Assembly (NCBI GenBank): GCA_964598125.1
Contig: CAZRAG010000002.1
Coordinates: forward strand, 373 to 64,372
Direction: 5' to 3'
From: an uncultured Pseudomonadales bacterium
GTDB lineage: Bacteria > Patescibacteriota > Microgenomatia > UBA1400 > UBA1396
DNA: 64,000 nucleotides
Position 1 is the first letter of the stretch. Every line of letters begins with the position of its first letter. The position numbers and the translations under genes were made by a program. This document shows positions 18,644 to 28,566 of this stretch, in pieces. The notes under the pieces are model-generated. The model worked only from the letters and a program-made list of their open reading frames with translations. It was not told the DNA's origin and searched no databases.

Positions 18644-20503
18644 TTATACTTCACTGTTCAAGAAGCGACTCCCTAATGGTACCTGAGCTAAAGTTGCTTC
18701 AAGTCTCCGGTATGCTTCACCAACTTCCGGATCGTTAAAAGGTGACTCAACCACAAAGTCAAAACTTTCTAACCAATGTTTCTCTACCTCACCTTTGTCG
18801 CCATAAATCATTTGATTGCCCCAAGAATCAACATTGCTACGAAATCGATCATCAAACCCTGGGGTAGCGTAGAGTTTTGTCCGAACACGACACCATCTTT
18901 CATTGGGTTCTTTAACTCCACCATCATCAAAATCACCTAGAGAAATACAGAGAATCTTCCCACGCACCTCGGCTGGTACAACCATTTCAATATATCCATT
19001 TCCCGTAGCGACCTGCACGGTGCTTGCTTCAGGGAAAATAATATTCATAACAAAACCTTCGTCACGCTCATATTCATTAGAATATTGTGGATGAAAGCGA
19101 TAGTACGTAAACATGTGTGGCCGATTGACAACAACTCTTGAGAGTGAATCAACAAAAATAAAGTCTTCTCCTGGTTTTGCTGAATACCTTTTTTGGATCT
19201 GCTCTTGACTCATTATTCTTAAAATCTCGCCAGCTTTAGGACCACCGTCTCGTTCTGTTCTTAAAAGCAATTCAAAAAAATAATCCGCCGGTACAAAGGT
19301 TTCTGAGGGTTTGCAGGTTTCCAAAAGTTGAGGCGAAACTCGTCCGGTTTCCACTAAATCGGTATAACCTTGGCAGGCGGAACACTTAAAAAAGGAGCGC
19401 TGTCCCTCATATCCTCGAATCGCCGCTCCGCAATGAGAGCACTGAATACTCATTCCTTGGCTCAGCTTCTTGTCTAGAAAGTAATTATCATCAATAAGTC
19501 GAGCTTCTTGTTGATCAACCTTGGGGTGGTCACGGAAAGATGCCTCTGGTCCGACGTTGTCAGAACCCGCATCAATAATGGCGTTAATGCGCTGCAATAA
19601 TTGATCTTCTTGCGCGTCTAAGGCTCTAGCCAGATCATAGTATTCTTCTCTTCTGGCGTTACCGTTAAGTTGCCTCTCGGTAGGTGCTTGACGATAAGAA
19701 GAAAAAACCATTTCATCACTTGTTGTTACGTCGGTGTTTTCCTCTGGCCAAGCATGCATCATCTCAGTAAAATCTGACACATTCCGGGGAGCACGCATGA
19801 AACGCTTAATTGAAAGTTGATAATAATACTCATTTTTTTCTTCTTCAGCTGTAAGCTCTCGGCCTGCTCGCTTGGCCTTTTCTCTTCTTGAATATTCGGC
19901 TTCATAATCTCTCTCCCGAACAATGGTTACTAATGAAAAATAGCCACCAGGGTGCGCAAATATACAACCAATTTTGGGACGAGTTCTGCCATAGATTTCT
20001 TCATTCATAAAAAACCACTCTGCATCAGGAATGTTAGTGATTCCATCGATAAGTGATTGACGTAGGCGAACTTTTTCCCGTATGTCTACTGCTTTTGTTT
20101 CAACTTCTGCATCTGATTTTGTGTGTGATGCCGTTAACCAGTAAAAACTTCCCTCAATTACAGAATGAGACAAATGAGACAGATGAATTCTTCGTCGGTT
20201 CAATAAATCAAGAGCAGGATACTTTGCCAACCACTCAGGGTGATTTAGACACTTCTGTAAATGAGTTCGATCAATGAGCATTTGGGTACGCGCCTCATCC
20301 CGAGGCATAAGTTCATAGTGACAACTGGGACAAAGACTACTTTGTCCAGATTCAACAAATCCCAAAATATCGCCGCAGTTTGGACAGGTCATGGCTTGGT
20401 TGGGTAAAACTCCCTCCGCAAAAGGAAGAATGAATTGAATATCTGGTTGGGTACTGGTATCAAGATGAGTACGTTGTTCAGATCTATTGGGTAAACCTGG
20501 CAT
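18644..20503 (-). CDS. hypothetical 619-aa protein with two Cys4 zinc-ribbon motifs
   Basis: 'CPNCGDILGF...CPSCHYEL' and 'CSHCGAAIRGYEGQRSFFKCSACQGY'. AT-rich context. No other family recognised. Confidence 0.6.
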   Translation of the reverse strand: MPGLPNRSEQRTHLDTSTQPDIQFILPFAEGVLPNQAMTCPNCGDILGFVESGQSSLCPSCHYELMPRDEARTQMLIDRTHLQKCLNHPEWLAKYPALDLLNRRRIHLSHLSHSVIEGSFYWLTASHTKSDAEVETKAVDIREKVRLRQSLIDGITNIPDAEWFFMNEEIYGRTRPKIGCIFAHPGGYFSLVTIVRERDYEAEYSRREKAKRAGRELTAEEEKNEYYYQLSIKRFMRAPRNVSDFTEMMHAWPEENTDVTTSDEMVFSSYRQAPTERQLNGNARREEYYDLARALDAQEDQLLQRINAIIDAGSDNVGPEASFRDHPKVDQQEARLIDDNYFLDKKLSQGMSIQCSHCGAAIRGYEGQRSFFKCSACQGYTDLVETGRVSPQLLETCKPSETFVPADYFFELLLRTERDGGPKAGEILRIMSQEQIQKRYSAKPGEDFIFVDSLSRVVVNRPHMFTYYRFHPQYSNEYERDEGFVMNIIFPEASTVQVATGNGYIEMVVPAEVRGKILCISLGDFDDGGVKEPNERWCRVRTKLYATPGFDDRFRSNVDSWGNQMIYGDKGEVEKHWLESFDFVVESPFNDPEVGEAYRRLEATLAQVPLGSRFLNSEV

Positions 20504-20601
20504 ATCTTTATTGTACTGATAAAAACTTTTTTTACTTTATGAGCTATGAATGTACAAATTGCCTTAATGCAAGTCTCTTCTAAAACACTCTCACCCGTCT
20601 T

Positions 20602-21015
20602 TTATTCTTGCTCCGTTGGGGTGAGTTTTATCTTCATGGTTTCAGGATTAATGGAAACTGAAACGACTAAACGCTTGTTCTGTTTTTTGTCTTTCAGAAT
20701 TATGGCGTCGCCATCCTGAAGCTTCATTGCTGAAAAATATTTACTTTCTTTTCCAGAATTTGCTTGCTGATGCGATATTGCAATATCGCCGACCTCATTA
20801 CCAAAAGCGGTCAGTGGCAAAACGATTTGCCATTCCTCAATTTTATCTGGACTCATTGTATCCATTCCCACAGGACTAACGGTAAAAACAAGTCTTCCCT
20901 TTGTGTCATGAAACTCAAAAGTTCCATCACTTTCATGGTTGTCTTTTATCTCTGGTAGATGTTCCTCACTTGGAGGGGATGGCAACGATAATCTATCTAA
21001 TGTATCTGCTGACAT
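20602..21015 (-). CDS. hypothetical protein
   Basis: 137-aa ORF directly downstream (minus sense) of the tRNA-Trp 3'-end repeat copy. Confidence 0.45.
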   Translation of the reverse strand: MSADTLDRLSLPSPPSEEHLPEIKDNHESDGTFEFHDTKGRLVFTVSPVGMDTMSPDKIEEWQIVLPLTAFGNEVGDIAISHQQANSGKESKYFSAMKLQDGDAIILKDKKQNKRLVVSVSINPETMKIKLTPTEQE

Positions 21016-21066
21016 AGTTTCAAGCTTACTATTAAGTTTTTTAAAGAGATAGTAAGAAAAAGTATT

Positions 21067-21085
21067 GCAGGCCTACAAGGACTCG
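21067..21085. repeat. 19-bp direct repeat of the tRNA-Trp 3' end ('GCAGGCCTACAAGGACTCG'), att-like
   Basis: Identical 19-mer at 21221-21239, which is the tRNA 3' end. Confidence 0.75.
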
Positions 21086-21221
21086 CGACTGTGCTCGTTT
21101 CCACTCGCTCCGCATGCACTAGCCAGGCACTCGTTGATACTCGTGCTTGGCGGCGGAACGAAGGCAGCCTTCCATGACCAGTCTCCACAAAAAAATCCCG
21201 TGTGGGGATTTTTTTGGAGAG

Positions 21222-21293
21222 CAGGCCTACAAGGACTCGAACCTTGACGAAGGGTTTTGGAGACCCTCATGCTACCAATTACATCATAGGCCT
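21222..21293 (-). tRNA. tRNA-Trp (anticodon CCA)
   Basis: Manual fold: acceptor AGGCCTA/TAGGCCT, D-stem ATGT/GCAT, anticodon stem AGGGT/ACCCT with loop CTCCAAA, T-arm CAAGG-TTCGAGT-CCTTG. 72 nt, CCA not encoded. A terminator hairpin 'AAATCCCGTGTGGGGATTT' follows. Confidence 0.8.
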
Positions 21294-21529
21294 AGGTAGT
21301 CAGTTGTTTGGGACTTTTGGCAGTCGCCCTGCAGACAATCCAGAAAACAACAATGGTGAGATTGTATCATCCAGACTAAAAACTGTCTCTTCACAGCTTG
21401 GAAATCTGGCTGCCATTTATGGCCCTCACAATAAAAAACAATCAGCTTGAGAAATTCTTCTGGTACAATAGGACTTCATGCGAGCGTGATTTTATGGGCG
21501 TTTTTGCCCAAGGAAATACCTCTCCACGT

Positions 21530-21615
21530 GCCGGCTTACCCAAGTGGCCAACGGGGGCAGACTGTAAATCTGCTGGCGAACGCCTACGTAGGTTCGAATC
21601 CTTCAGCCGGCACCA
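21530..21615 (+). tRNA. tRNA-Tyr (anticodon GTA), long variable arm, CCA encoded
   Basis: Acceptor GCCGGCT/AGCCGGC, anticodon loop 'CTGTAAA', T-loop GGTTCGAATCC, 3' ACCA. 86 nt. Confidence 0.85.
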
Positions 21616-21619
21616 TCAT

Positions 21620-21648
21620 AAAAAACTCCCCACCTGGGGAGTTTTTTT
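21620..21648 (+). terminator. rho-independent terminator after tRNA-Tyr
   Basis: 'AAAAAACTCCCCACCTGGGGAGTTTTTTT' is a stem plus U-run. Confidence 0.7.
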
Positions 21649-21692
21649 AGAAAGTGGTTTGGTGTATGGGAGCATCCTGCTACAATGGCCTT

Positions 21693-23036
21693 ATGCCCAA
21701 TTCCCTCAAGAACAGAGTCACCTCAAAGCTCCTCAAAGAAGACCAAGAGCTCTTGGCCAAAACCCAGGCGCCCATCATCACCCTCTCGGCAAGTTTCCGC
21801 GACGTGGTCGAGGCGGAACACCACATCGACGACTCACTCAATCACCCTGACATTGTGTTATCACGTGCTCATTACTCCATGGCCTATGGTGCAGCCATCG
21901 AGGCCTGGGGTGGCGACGACCCTGATCCAGCCAAGGCTTGGCTCGTCGACCCTACCAACTACGTGCAGGCTGAACAGTGGTCAAGTGTGGCCTTTATGGA
22001 GCGCGTCGGCAAGGTTCTCGCCCGCTACCCGCTTCTCACTTCGGTCAAGCGCAACATCCTTGATCGTCGCGCCCGCAGTAAGCTGCCTATTGAGCAAGCC
22101 ATTACACAACCTCTACTCTCCCTGGTAAAAAATGTTGAGTCACCACTCATCTGCTTCCACATTGAACTGGGGAATATCCTTGCCAGAAATACGAACAAAA
22201 CAATTGTTCAGGCTGTTACCGACCCACACGTGCGCGAACAGTACACCGATTTTGCCGATAAAAAGAATCTCTACTTTGCCGTTTTTGACGAGCCCACCCG
22301 CGAACGCTTTCTAGAAATAGCGGCGCTGCGCGGCAAAACCGTCGATCCTGCCCACGTGGTGGTAACCGGTCCGTTTGTGGATCCACGCGTCTTGGCGGCT
22401 GGCGCGAAAAAATCACCCACCGCCTGGAAAAAACGTCCGCTGCGCATTTTGCTCACCACCGGCGGCTTAGGAACCAACAAACCCGAGCTTGGTGACGCCC
22501 TCGACCAACTCTTGCCACTGCTCGCCAATAAAAAACCAGCCCTCAACATCGAACTCATGTACTACGCCGGCACCAATGAAGATCATGTCGACATGGTGAG
22601 AAATCTCGCCAAGAAGCATGGCGTAACGATTGGACAAACGGCCGATACCCACGCCAAACTCCGTGTCCTGTTTGCCGACGACATCGTGGCTGCCAACGAA
22701 CTTTTGGTTGAACACGGCTTCCCTTGGGCGGATATTGCCTTGGCTAAGCCTTCTGGCGATATGGCCTATGATGCATCTGCCGCCGGCTGTGCCCTGATCT
22801 TGCTGGGCTCCTGGGGAGAGTGGGAAGACAATATTGCCGCCATCTTTACTCGCCTTGGATTGGCCCGACATGCACAACTTGATCAGCTGGTAGAACAATT
22901 GCAATTTATTCAGCAACCGATTTCCGGAAAATTGTCCTGGCTTGAGGAGGCCATGCATAAAGCAAAAGAGTTTGAAAGCCTATTTCCCAACGGCGTAAAG
23001 AATATCTTGAAATTAGCTCGGAAAATCGAGCTATAG
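21693..23036 (+). CDS. hypothetical protein, possibly a GT-B-type glycosyltransferase (MurG/MGD-like C-terminal half). Weak call.
   Basis: 'ILLTTGGLGTNKPELGDALDQLL' and 'ALAKPSGDMAYDASAAGCALILL' loosely resemble the GT28 C-domain. The start ATG lies exactly 6 nt after a TACAAT hexamer, suggesting a leaderless start. Confidence 0.55.
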   Translation: MPNSLKNRVTSKLLKEDQELLAKTQAPIITLSASFRDVVEAEHHIDDSLNHPDIVLSRAHYSMAYGAAIEAWGGDDPDPAKAWLVDPTNYVQAEQWSSVAFMERVGKVLARYPLLTSVKRNILDRRARSKLPIEQAITQPLLSLVKNVESPLICFHIELGNILARNTNKTIVQAVTDPHVREQYTDFADKKNLYFAVFDEPTRERFLEIAALRGKTVDPAHVVVTGPFVDPRVLAAGAKKSPTAWKKRPLRILLTTGGLGTNKPELGDALDQLLPLLANKKPALNIELMYYAGTNEDHVDMVRNLAKKHGVTIGQTADTHAKLRVLFADDIVAANELLVEHGFPWADIALAKPSGDMAYDASAAGCALILLGSWGEWEDNIAAIFTRLGLARHAQLDQLVEQLQFIQQPISGKLSWLEEAMHKAKEFESLFPNGVKNILKLARKIEL

Positions 23037-23080
23037 AAGCCTATAACTCGAAAGTCACACTTTTTTATTCTAGGCTTTTT

Positions 23081-25201
23081 CTAAGGATTCAATTCTCGCC
23101 AACTATACTGTGGCCGCTTCACCGCTTCAGGGGCATTCTTCAAAAAGTCAGGTCGATAGCGGAAATATTCGGTTGGATTAGAGTTGTTTAACCGGCGACG
23201 GGTGACACCGTCATCGTAGTCACGAGCCAACACAAATCCTTGCCAACCAACAAAGGTACCTTCACCTACGAATTTTTTATCACCGCCAGCGGCTTCACCA
23301 CGGCTGGGAGTTTCAATCTGACGGTTAGCCACAAAAACACCTTCGACCACGGCCGTATCAAGAGCCGGATTATCATGGCCTAGTTCTTCATCAAAAATAA
23401 TGTCACCACTGGCCACAATCATCAGAAAACCGCCATCGGCTACTATGGTCCGGGCGTTCACATTCACATTACCGTTCACCACCACCACAATTTTTTGGGT
23501 GTCGGCGACATTCCAGTTGGTTCCAATGGTGAGATCTCCGTTATGGAAGTAGGCTTCGGCCCCCTCGTTGACGGGATTGCCTGTGGGCTTCGTGGCGTTA
23601 CTTGCCGTGGCACCAAAATCACTTTCTGGACTGGCAGGCAGCTTGAGGATTCGCTTGAAGTACGCATAATCCTGGTGACTGGGCGTGTCGTTCAGACGAG
23701 CGAACCAGTTGTGATTATGTTCATCGATTTGATCCGTCTGGATTCCACCTACATAACTGGTGTCAATACCGCCGCCACCGGTGAGTACGTATCCTTCGGT
23801 GGTGGTGCCATTTTGATTGGTGATGAGGTTGGGGTTACACGCCGGCAATGTACAGTATGGTGAAATCAAACTTTGAATCACGGTACCGGTGGTTCCATAC
23901 GCAGCCACTGGTCCACCCTCGGTTTGGAACCAGGGGTCGGTAGCGTCCAGAACATAGAAGTTCACATTCGCACTCGGCGCGTTGATGCCACTAGGGTACA
24001 CACAGCCAACCGGGCAGGAACAGAGCCAGAGGTCGGAGTTTTCGATTTGCAATTGAGCGTTGTTTTGGCCGGTGGTGGTATACGGTAAACGGAGGGAATA
24101 GGAAGTTCCCGAGGCAACCGCACTATCAATGTAGGTTCCAGAATCGTGGCCAGTGATTGTTAAGGCTCCAGTGGTATCTGGCACGGCTGTAGTTGGTCCA
24201 GTACACAATGATCCAGATATTGCGGCAGTGGCATTGGTGTCATAGTAAATATTTCCACTGACGGGAACAGCAACTTCAAAACTGACATAGGCGCTCCAAG
24301 CCGAAGTGTCCGTACCACAACTCGTATTCTGGGCTCTGACTCGAGCAGAATAGTAGCGACTGGTTGGTGCAAAGGAGTAAGAAGTACCTGTTACTGTATA
24401 GCTCTGGACAGGTGAATCAGCGGGGTTTGTTGATGGATGAAGCTCAAGGTTATAACGCTCGGCTTTTCCAGGAGCAGACCACATTATGATAATTTGCCCG
24501 GCAGCATCGGATTGAATCATTTGTCCTGAGGCAGAGGGAATATAGAACACTGGGGTAGATGGCGCCCCATCGTCTGTATTTGAACAGGCACCACTGCAAC
24601 CATCAGATTGACCACAATAGGGAGCGGAACAGCTTGGACTACAAGGAGGAGGGATATATCGACAAGTTCCAGGGTCCCAAGTACAAACACCTTCCGGAGT
24701 GGTGACACATTCACCTGATGGATGGCTTCCAGAGCCAGGTGGGTTTTCATCACAGTTTCCGCAAGAACCACAGCCTCCCCAGCCTGGCTGAACAGTTGGT
24801 TGTGGCTCACCAGGATCACCTGTTGGTTGTGGGGGTGGAGGATATACGGGAGCGCTACAGCCTCCTCCCGTGCGATCACAACCAAAACTAATATGTTGAA
24901 GTTCCTCACAAATAATTGCACAACTATTCACAACTGGTGGATATGACCCCGGTCCACAAAAAGAGCATGGGTAATAACTTTTCTGAACTTCAACACAAGT
25001 CCCTGCTCCTAAAGGTCCACAACGTGATCCTAATGGAGAGCATCTTTCATTTGTGCTTGTACACTGGTTCTGATAGCAAGATACACCACCAGAGCAAGAT
25101 TGAGCAAAAACTTCATTGGATGAAAAGAATAACGACGAGATTGTAACAAATAGTAATAGAAGCGCAAAACAAATACGCATATATCTAATTACTATACACA
25201 A
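23081..25201 (-). CDS. large secreted Cys-rich surface protein (N-terminal Cys-rich region, Pro-rich linker, Ig/FN3-like middle, beta-helix-like C-terminal region)
   Basis: Signal peptide 'MRICFALLLLFVTISSLFFSSNEVFAQ'. Many CxxC-type Cys clusters. 'IVVVVNGNVNVNARTIVADGGFLMIVASGDIIFD' looks like beta-helix repeats. Confidence 0.6.
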   Translation of the reverse strand: MCIVIRYMRICFALLLLFVTISSLFFSSNEVFAQSCSGGVSCYQNQCTSTNERCSPLGSRCGPLGAGTCVEVQKSYYPCSFCGPGSYPPVVNSCAIICEELQHISFGCDRTGGGCSAPVYPPPPQPTGDPGEPQPTVQPGWGGCGSCGNCDENPPGSGSHPSGECVTTPEGVCTWDPGTCRYIPPPCSPSCSAPYCGQSDGCSGACSNTDDGAPSTPVFYIPSASGQMIQSDAAGQIIIMWSAPGKAERYNLELHPSTNPADSPVQSYTVTGTSYSFAPTSRYYSARVRAQNTSCGTDTSAWSAYVSFEVAVPVSGNIYYDTNATAAISGSLCTGPTTAVPDTTGALTITGHDSGTYIDSAVASGTSYSLRLPYTTTGQNNAQLQIENSDLWLCSCPVGCVYPSGINAPSANVNFYVLDATDPWFQTEGGPVAAYGTTGTVIQSLISPYCTLPACNPNLITNQNGTTTEGYVLTGGGGIDTSYVGGIQTDQIDEHNHNWFARLNDTPSHQDYAYFKRILKLPASPESDFGATASNATKPTGNPVNEGAEAYFHNGDLTIGTNWNVADTQKIVVVVNGNVNVNARTIVADGGFLMIVASGDIIFDEELGHDNPALDTAVVEGVFVANRQIETPSRGEAAGGDKKFVGEGTFVGWQGFVLARDYDDGVTRRRLNNSNPTEYFRYRPDFLKNAPEAVKRPQYSWRELNP

Positions 25202-25221
25202 GAGAAGTAAGTAATTGGAAG

Positions 25222-27303
25222 TTAATTATTTACACTGTAATCGCTATAGTCTACAGGAAACTCCATTGGAAACTGCGATTCATTTGCCTCTAAATAACTA
25301 ATATCAGCATCAGTTGTTAGTAGTGACAATCCAGCTCCAGGATTATTTGTTATTGAATTCACTGTTTGCCCCCAAATATCGACCGGTCTCTTCAGATTCT
25401 CATCTGAACTAAAACCATAGGTGATTGCTTGTCCCAGTATGTTCATGACATCACCACCATACATTCCAAATTCGTCGTCAAATACGACATTAAGTTGCAA
25501 TACATTAGTATCAGGGTTATAGTTCCGGTAAACTGCAAATCCATTCTTGTTATAAACTGGCAGAAAACCACTGTGATCTTCCATTTCGCCACTAATCACG
25601 AGTATTTGAGGAGGAGTTGTAAGTGCATCAGGAATTGAATTGTAGTTTTCAAACAGCGCTTGAATTTCAGGTAGTATTACGTTCAAAATTACCTCTCTTG
25701 TACGAGGCGTTTGGACAAGAAAGTAACCATTTATTCCATTTCTTTCTTCTATGAATTCTTGCCTTTCCTCATCCCCACCAGGATTGTAAACTAGCGGTAT
25801 CCCGACAAATCTCCCTTCCTCGTCAATATAACCAAACTGGATGTAATCAGGATTTTGTAAGGCTGCCTCTAATTCAGGAGCAAGCTGCATTTCTAATAAT
25901 GCCTCAGGATTGGTACTGGCAACTTCAAGCCAGTTCGTATTGAGAGCAGTCATAGTATTGCTTTCGGCTGGAGTCTCAACCGCGGCGAGAAACTCAGCCT
26001 CGGTTGTAATAAGCAACATAGAACCGTCTTCTTGAGGGAGGTAGAAAGAAAATGGTCCATTGGGAATTATTTGAACTCGGAACACACCATGACCATTGAT
26101 GACCACCTCTTGAGCAACATCACCATTTAAGTCAGCAGGCTGAATGGTATTTCCTTCTAAATTAGTGATTCCTCTCATTTGAAAAAATAAGGCTAATGCG
26201 TGTTGATTTTCTGCACTAAGAGCAGACCATTGAGCTTCTGCTGGATTAGCAGCATGCTCAAGCATATATTCATCAACAAAAGCAACTTCTAATGGTTTAT
26301 CATCACCGCCTTCCTGCTCAAGACCACCTTGGTCACCGTCAGGTTGTTGCGAGGCATCACCAGAACCGCCATCACCGGTACCAATCCCACCATCACCGCC
26401 ATGAGGATCTCCATCACCATCTGGAGGAATATTGGTTTCAGGATTAACGTTAACATGCATGGCTAAGGCGATACCTTCATCGCCAGGCCCTTGCTGAGGC
26501 ATTCCAATATCAAGAGTACTGGCCTGTCCATCTGGATCATTGTGACGACCTTGCAGTTGAACGGTATACCAAACTTCCTCTTCTGGAAGAGGCACACCAG
26601 AAGAGAATGAGGCTCCAGGCCCAACTGGCCGGACAATGAAGTCACCCTTTTCAAGCAGAGCATCAACTTCTTCCTGAGACATCAGTCGACCATCGGGAGT
26701 GTAAAAAAGCGCTGAGACGACATTCTCACCACGACCAAGATCTTGATCATTCACGTAGGCAACAATTTCCTCTGAGGCAACTTCGGAAGAGGCCGGAACT
26801 TCGGGAAGTTCAGCCGTTCTTTGTGGTTGTTTGGGTACCAGACGCCATTCACCGTCATCTGGAGGCATGAAAGTAACATCATCGAGTACCACTGGTTCAG
26901 ACAATGGAATAACTTGAAAAACGTTCTCTGCCATTAAAGAGTTGAGTCGCGTTCGAGAGACGAGTTCGCCATCCAGATCATAGTAGTTGATCGAGTAGCG
27001 ACCATCACCGAGATCAATTCTTTGAACATAGCCTGCTAATTGGCCAAGTTTTTCCGCATTTCTGGTTGTTTCTGGGGAACCAGCAGGAACAGTATTTCCT
27101 GGATTTCGAAGTTCGGCAAGTTCAGATTGACTTAAGGCTTGCACTTGTCTGCCAACAGGCAAGAGATACTCACGAAATTTCGCAGTATTACTGGCTTCAG
27201 CTTTGCTGCCACCACCAATTCCTAAAGCAGATCGGACCAGTTCGACAAAAATAAAACTAACAGCTCCAACTCTGAGTCCTGTTCTTTCAATTGATCTTGG
27301 CAT
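25222..27303 (-). CDS. large hypothetical protein with an N-terminal membrane anchor and an acidic Gly/Asp-rich segment
   Basis: 693 aa. 'GLRVGAVSFIFVELV' anchor. 'DGDGDPHGGDGGIGTGDGGSGD' low-complexity tract. Forms an operon-like pair with 23081-25201. Confidence 0.6.
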   Translation of the reverse strand: MPRSIERTGLRVGAVSFIFVELVRSALGIGGGSKAEASNTAKFREYLLPVGRQVQALSQSELAELRNPGNTVPAGSPETTRNAEKLGQLAGYVQRIDLGDGRYSINYYDLDGELVSRTRLNSLMAENVFQVIPLSEPVVLDDVTFMPPDDGEWRLVPKQPQRTAELPEVPASSEVASEEIVAYVNDQDLGRGENVVSALFYTPDGRLMSQEEVDALLEKGDFIVRPVGPGASFSSGVPLPEEEVWYTVQLQGRHNDPDGQASTLDIGMPQQGPGDEGIALAMHVNVNPETNIPPDGDGDPHGGDGGIGTGDGGSGDASQQPDGDQGGLEQEGGDDKPLEVAFVDEYMLEHAANPAEAQWSALSAENQHALALFFQMRGITNLEGNTIQPADLNGDVAQEVVINGHGVFRVQIIPNGPFSFYLPQEDGSMLLITTEAEFLAAVETPAESNTMTALNTNWLEVASTNPEALLEMQLAPELEAALQNPDYIQFGYIDEEGRFVGIPLVYNPGGDEERQEFIEERNGINGYFLVQTPRTREVILNVILPEIQALFENYNSIPDALTTPPQILVISGEMEDHSGFLPVYNKNGFAVYRNYNPDTNVLQLNVVFDDEFGMYGGDVMNILGQAITYGFSSDENLKRPVDIWGQTVNSITNNPGAGLSLLTTDADISYLEANESQFPMEFPVDYSDYSVNN

Positions 27304-27570
27304 TATATCCTCTTTCTTTATTTTCTAGGATGATCATTAGGTAAAAAAAGATCGCCATTGCTGTGGCTCTCTGACCTGGCTTAGGTTAGAGGTTGGAGCC
27401 ACCGCTAATAGCGATTTACACATCCTTATCTCGAATTATAGCAAACAACCTATAAATTGATAAGTACTAGGGATAAGTGATAAGTGTAAGAAGCTCGTAA
27501 TAAGCCTTGTTCTGTTATGAGATTACTTAGCAAAATCCCTTCAACATAATTGTTGTACACTTATTCTGTC

Positions 27571-28563
27571 ATGCGTTTACGAATCTTTCTTGTAATTCTT
27601 ACTCTCACAGTTATTGCTGGCTACGTTGGCTGGAAATATTTCCTCAATGGATCCCGAAAGCAAATCTATTCATTAAATGAGACCTCCTTTTTAGCTGAAG
27701 ACGCTGAAAAACGAGTCAACACTGAATATCTCCACCGTACACCCATGCCTATTTCAATTGCCAACCTTGAGGATCCCTTTTTTATTGAACCTTGCTTTTT
27801 TTGGAAAAAAGATTCGTGTTTGCCAAGCTTTGTTGTTGAAGCCTCGACTTTTCGTTTCTCCTCAGGAAAATTTCCAGACGAACAATTGAATCCCTTCCAG
27901 TTGTACGTTGCCATGGGTGATATTGTGGGCAAACCTGACAACATCCGAGCATATTTCGCTCGACAAGCAAAACCAGCCGAAAAATATGTTCAATTTGTCA
28001 AAGATATTCAGGGAAGAAGCCTAGAGAATCAGTTAACGCCTTCTCTAACGTATGCCTACTACGATTACCTCTTTAGCAAAAAGGAAATGCGATCATCTAA
28101 GGACTTCCCAAATCCGTCAGTTGGGATCAATTTGATTAGCCTTGGTATGTATATTTTTGAGAAAAAAGGTATTTCGCAAGCCGAGCCAATTCTCGAAGAG
28201 CCAGAAGATTGGAGCTCTTATGGGAAATCACTTTTGTATGCCACTTGGTGGGGTTTCCTTGATAATAATCTTGTTGAAACTGCTTTTGCTGATAAGGGAA
28301 AATTTGAATCATTCTATCTTCAGCGCTTTAGTAAAAAAAGTGATGCCATAACCTATGTCGTTGCTGTTGAACCTGACTCAATTACCGAAGGAGAGTATTT
28401 TTCTGTTGACACTGATATAACTGGATTAGCTCTTTGTTATCAATCAAAAGCAATGATCTGTCAACTTGAAACAGCTGAGGATCAATCTACTGGTACTGCC
28501 CGTTGCCGACCGGCAACTTTCCTTAATACTTTATGTGGTGATACTTTATTGCCACTGTATTAA
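27571..28563 (+). CDS. membrane-anchored hypothetical protein
   Basis: 'MRLRIFLVILTLTVIAGYVGWKYF' signal anchor. ~330 aa. Confidence 0.5.
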   Translation: MRLRIFLVILTLTVIAGYVGWKYFLNGSRKQIYSLNETSFLAEDAEKRVNTEYLHRTPMPISIANLEDPFFIEPCFFWKKDSCLPSFVVEASTFRFSSGKFPDEQLNPFQLYVAMGDIVGKPDNIRAYFARQAKPAEKYVQFVKDIQGRSLENQLTPSLTYAYYDYLFSKKEMRSSKDFPNPSVGINLISLGMYIFEKKGISQAEPILEEPEDWSSYGKSLLYATWWGFLDNNLVETAFADKGKFESFYLQRFSKKSDAITYVVAVEPDSITEGEYFSVDTDITGLALCYQSKAMICQLETAEDQSTGTARCRPATFLNTLCGDTLLPLY

Positions 28564-28566
28564 GGC

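Noticed and set aside
21398-21850. 150-aa and 67-aa plus-strand ORFs spanning tRNA-Tyr
   Set aside because: They overlap a well-folded tRNA gene and its terminator and are therefore spurious.
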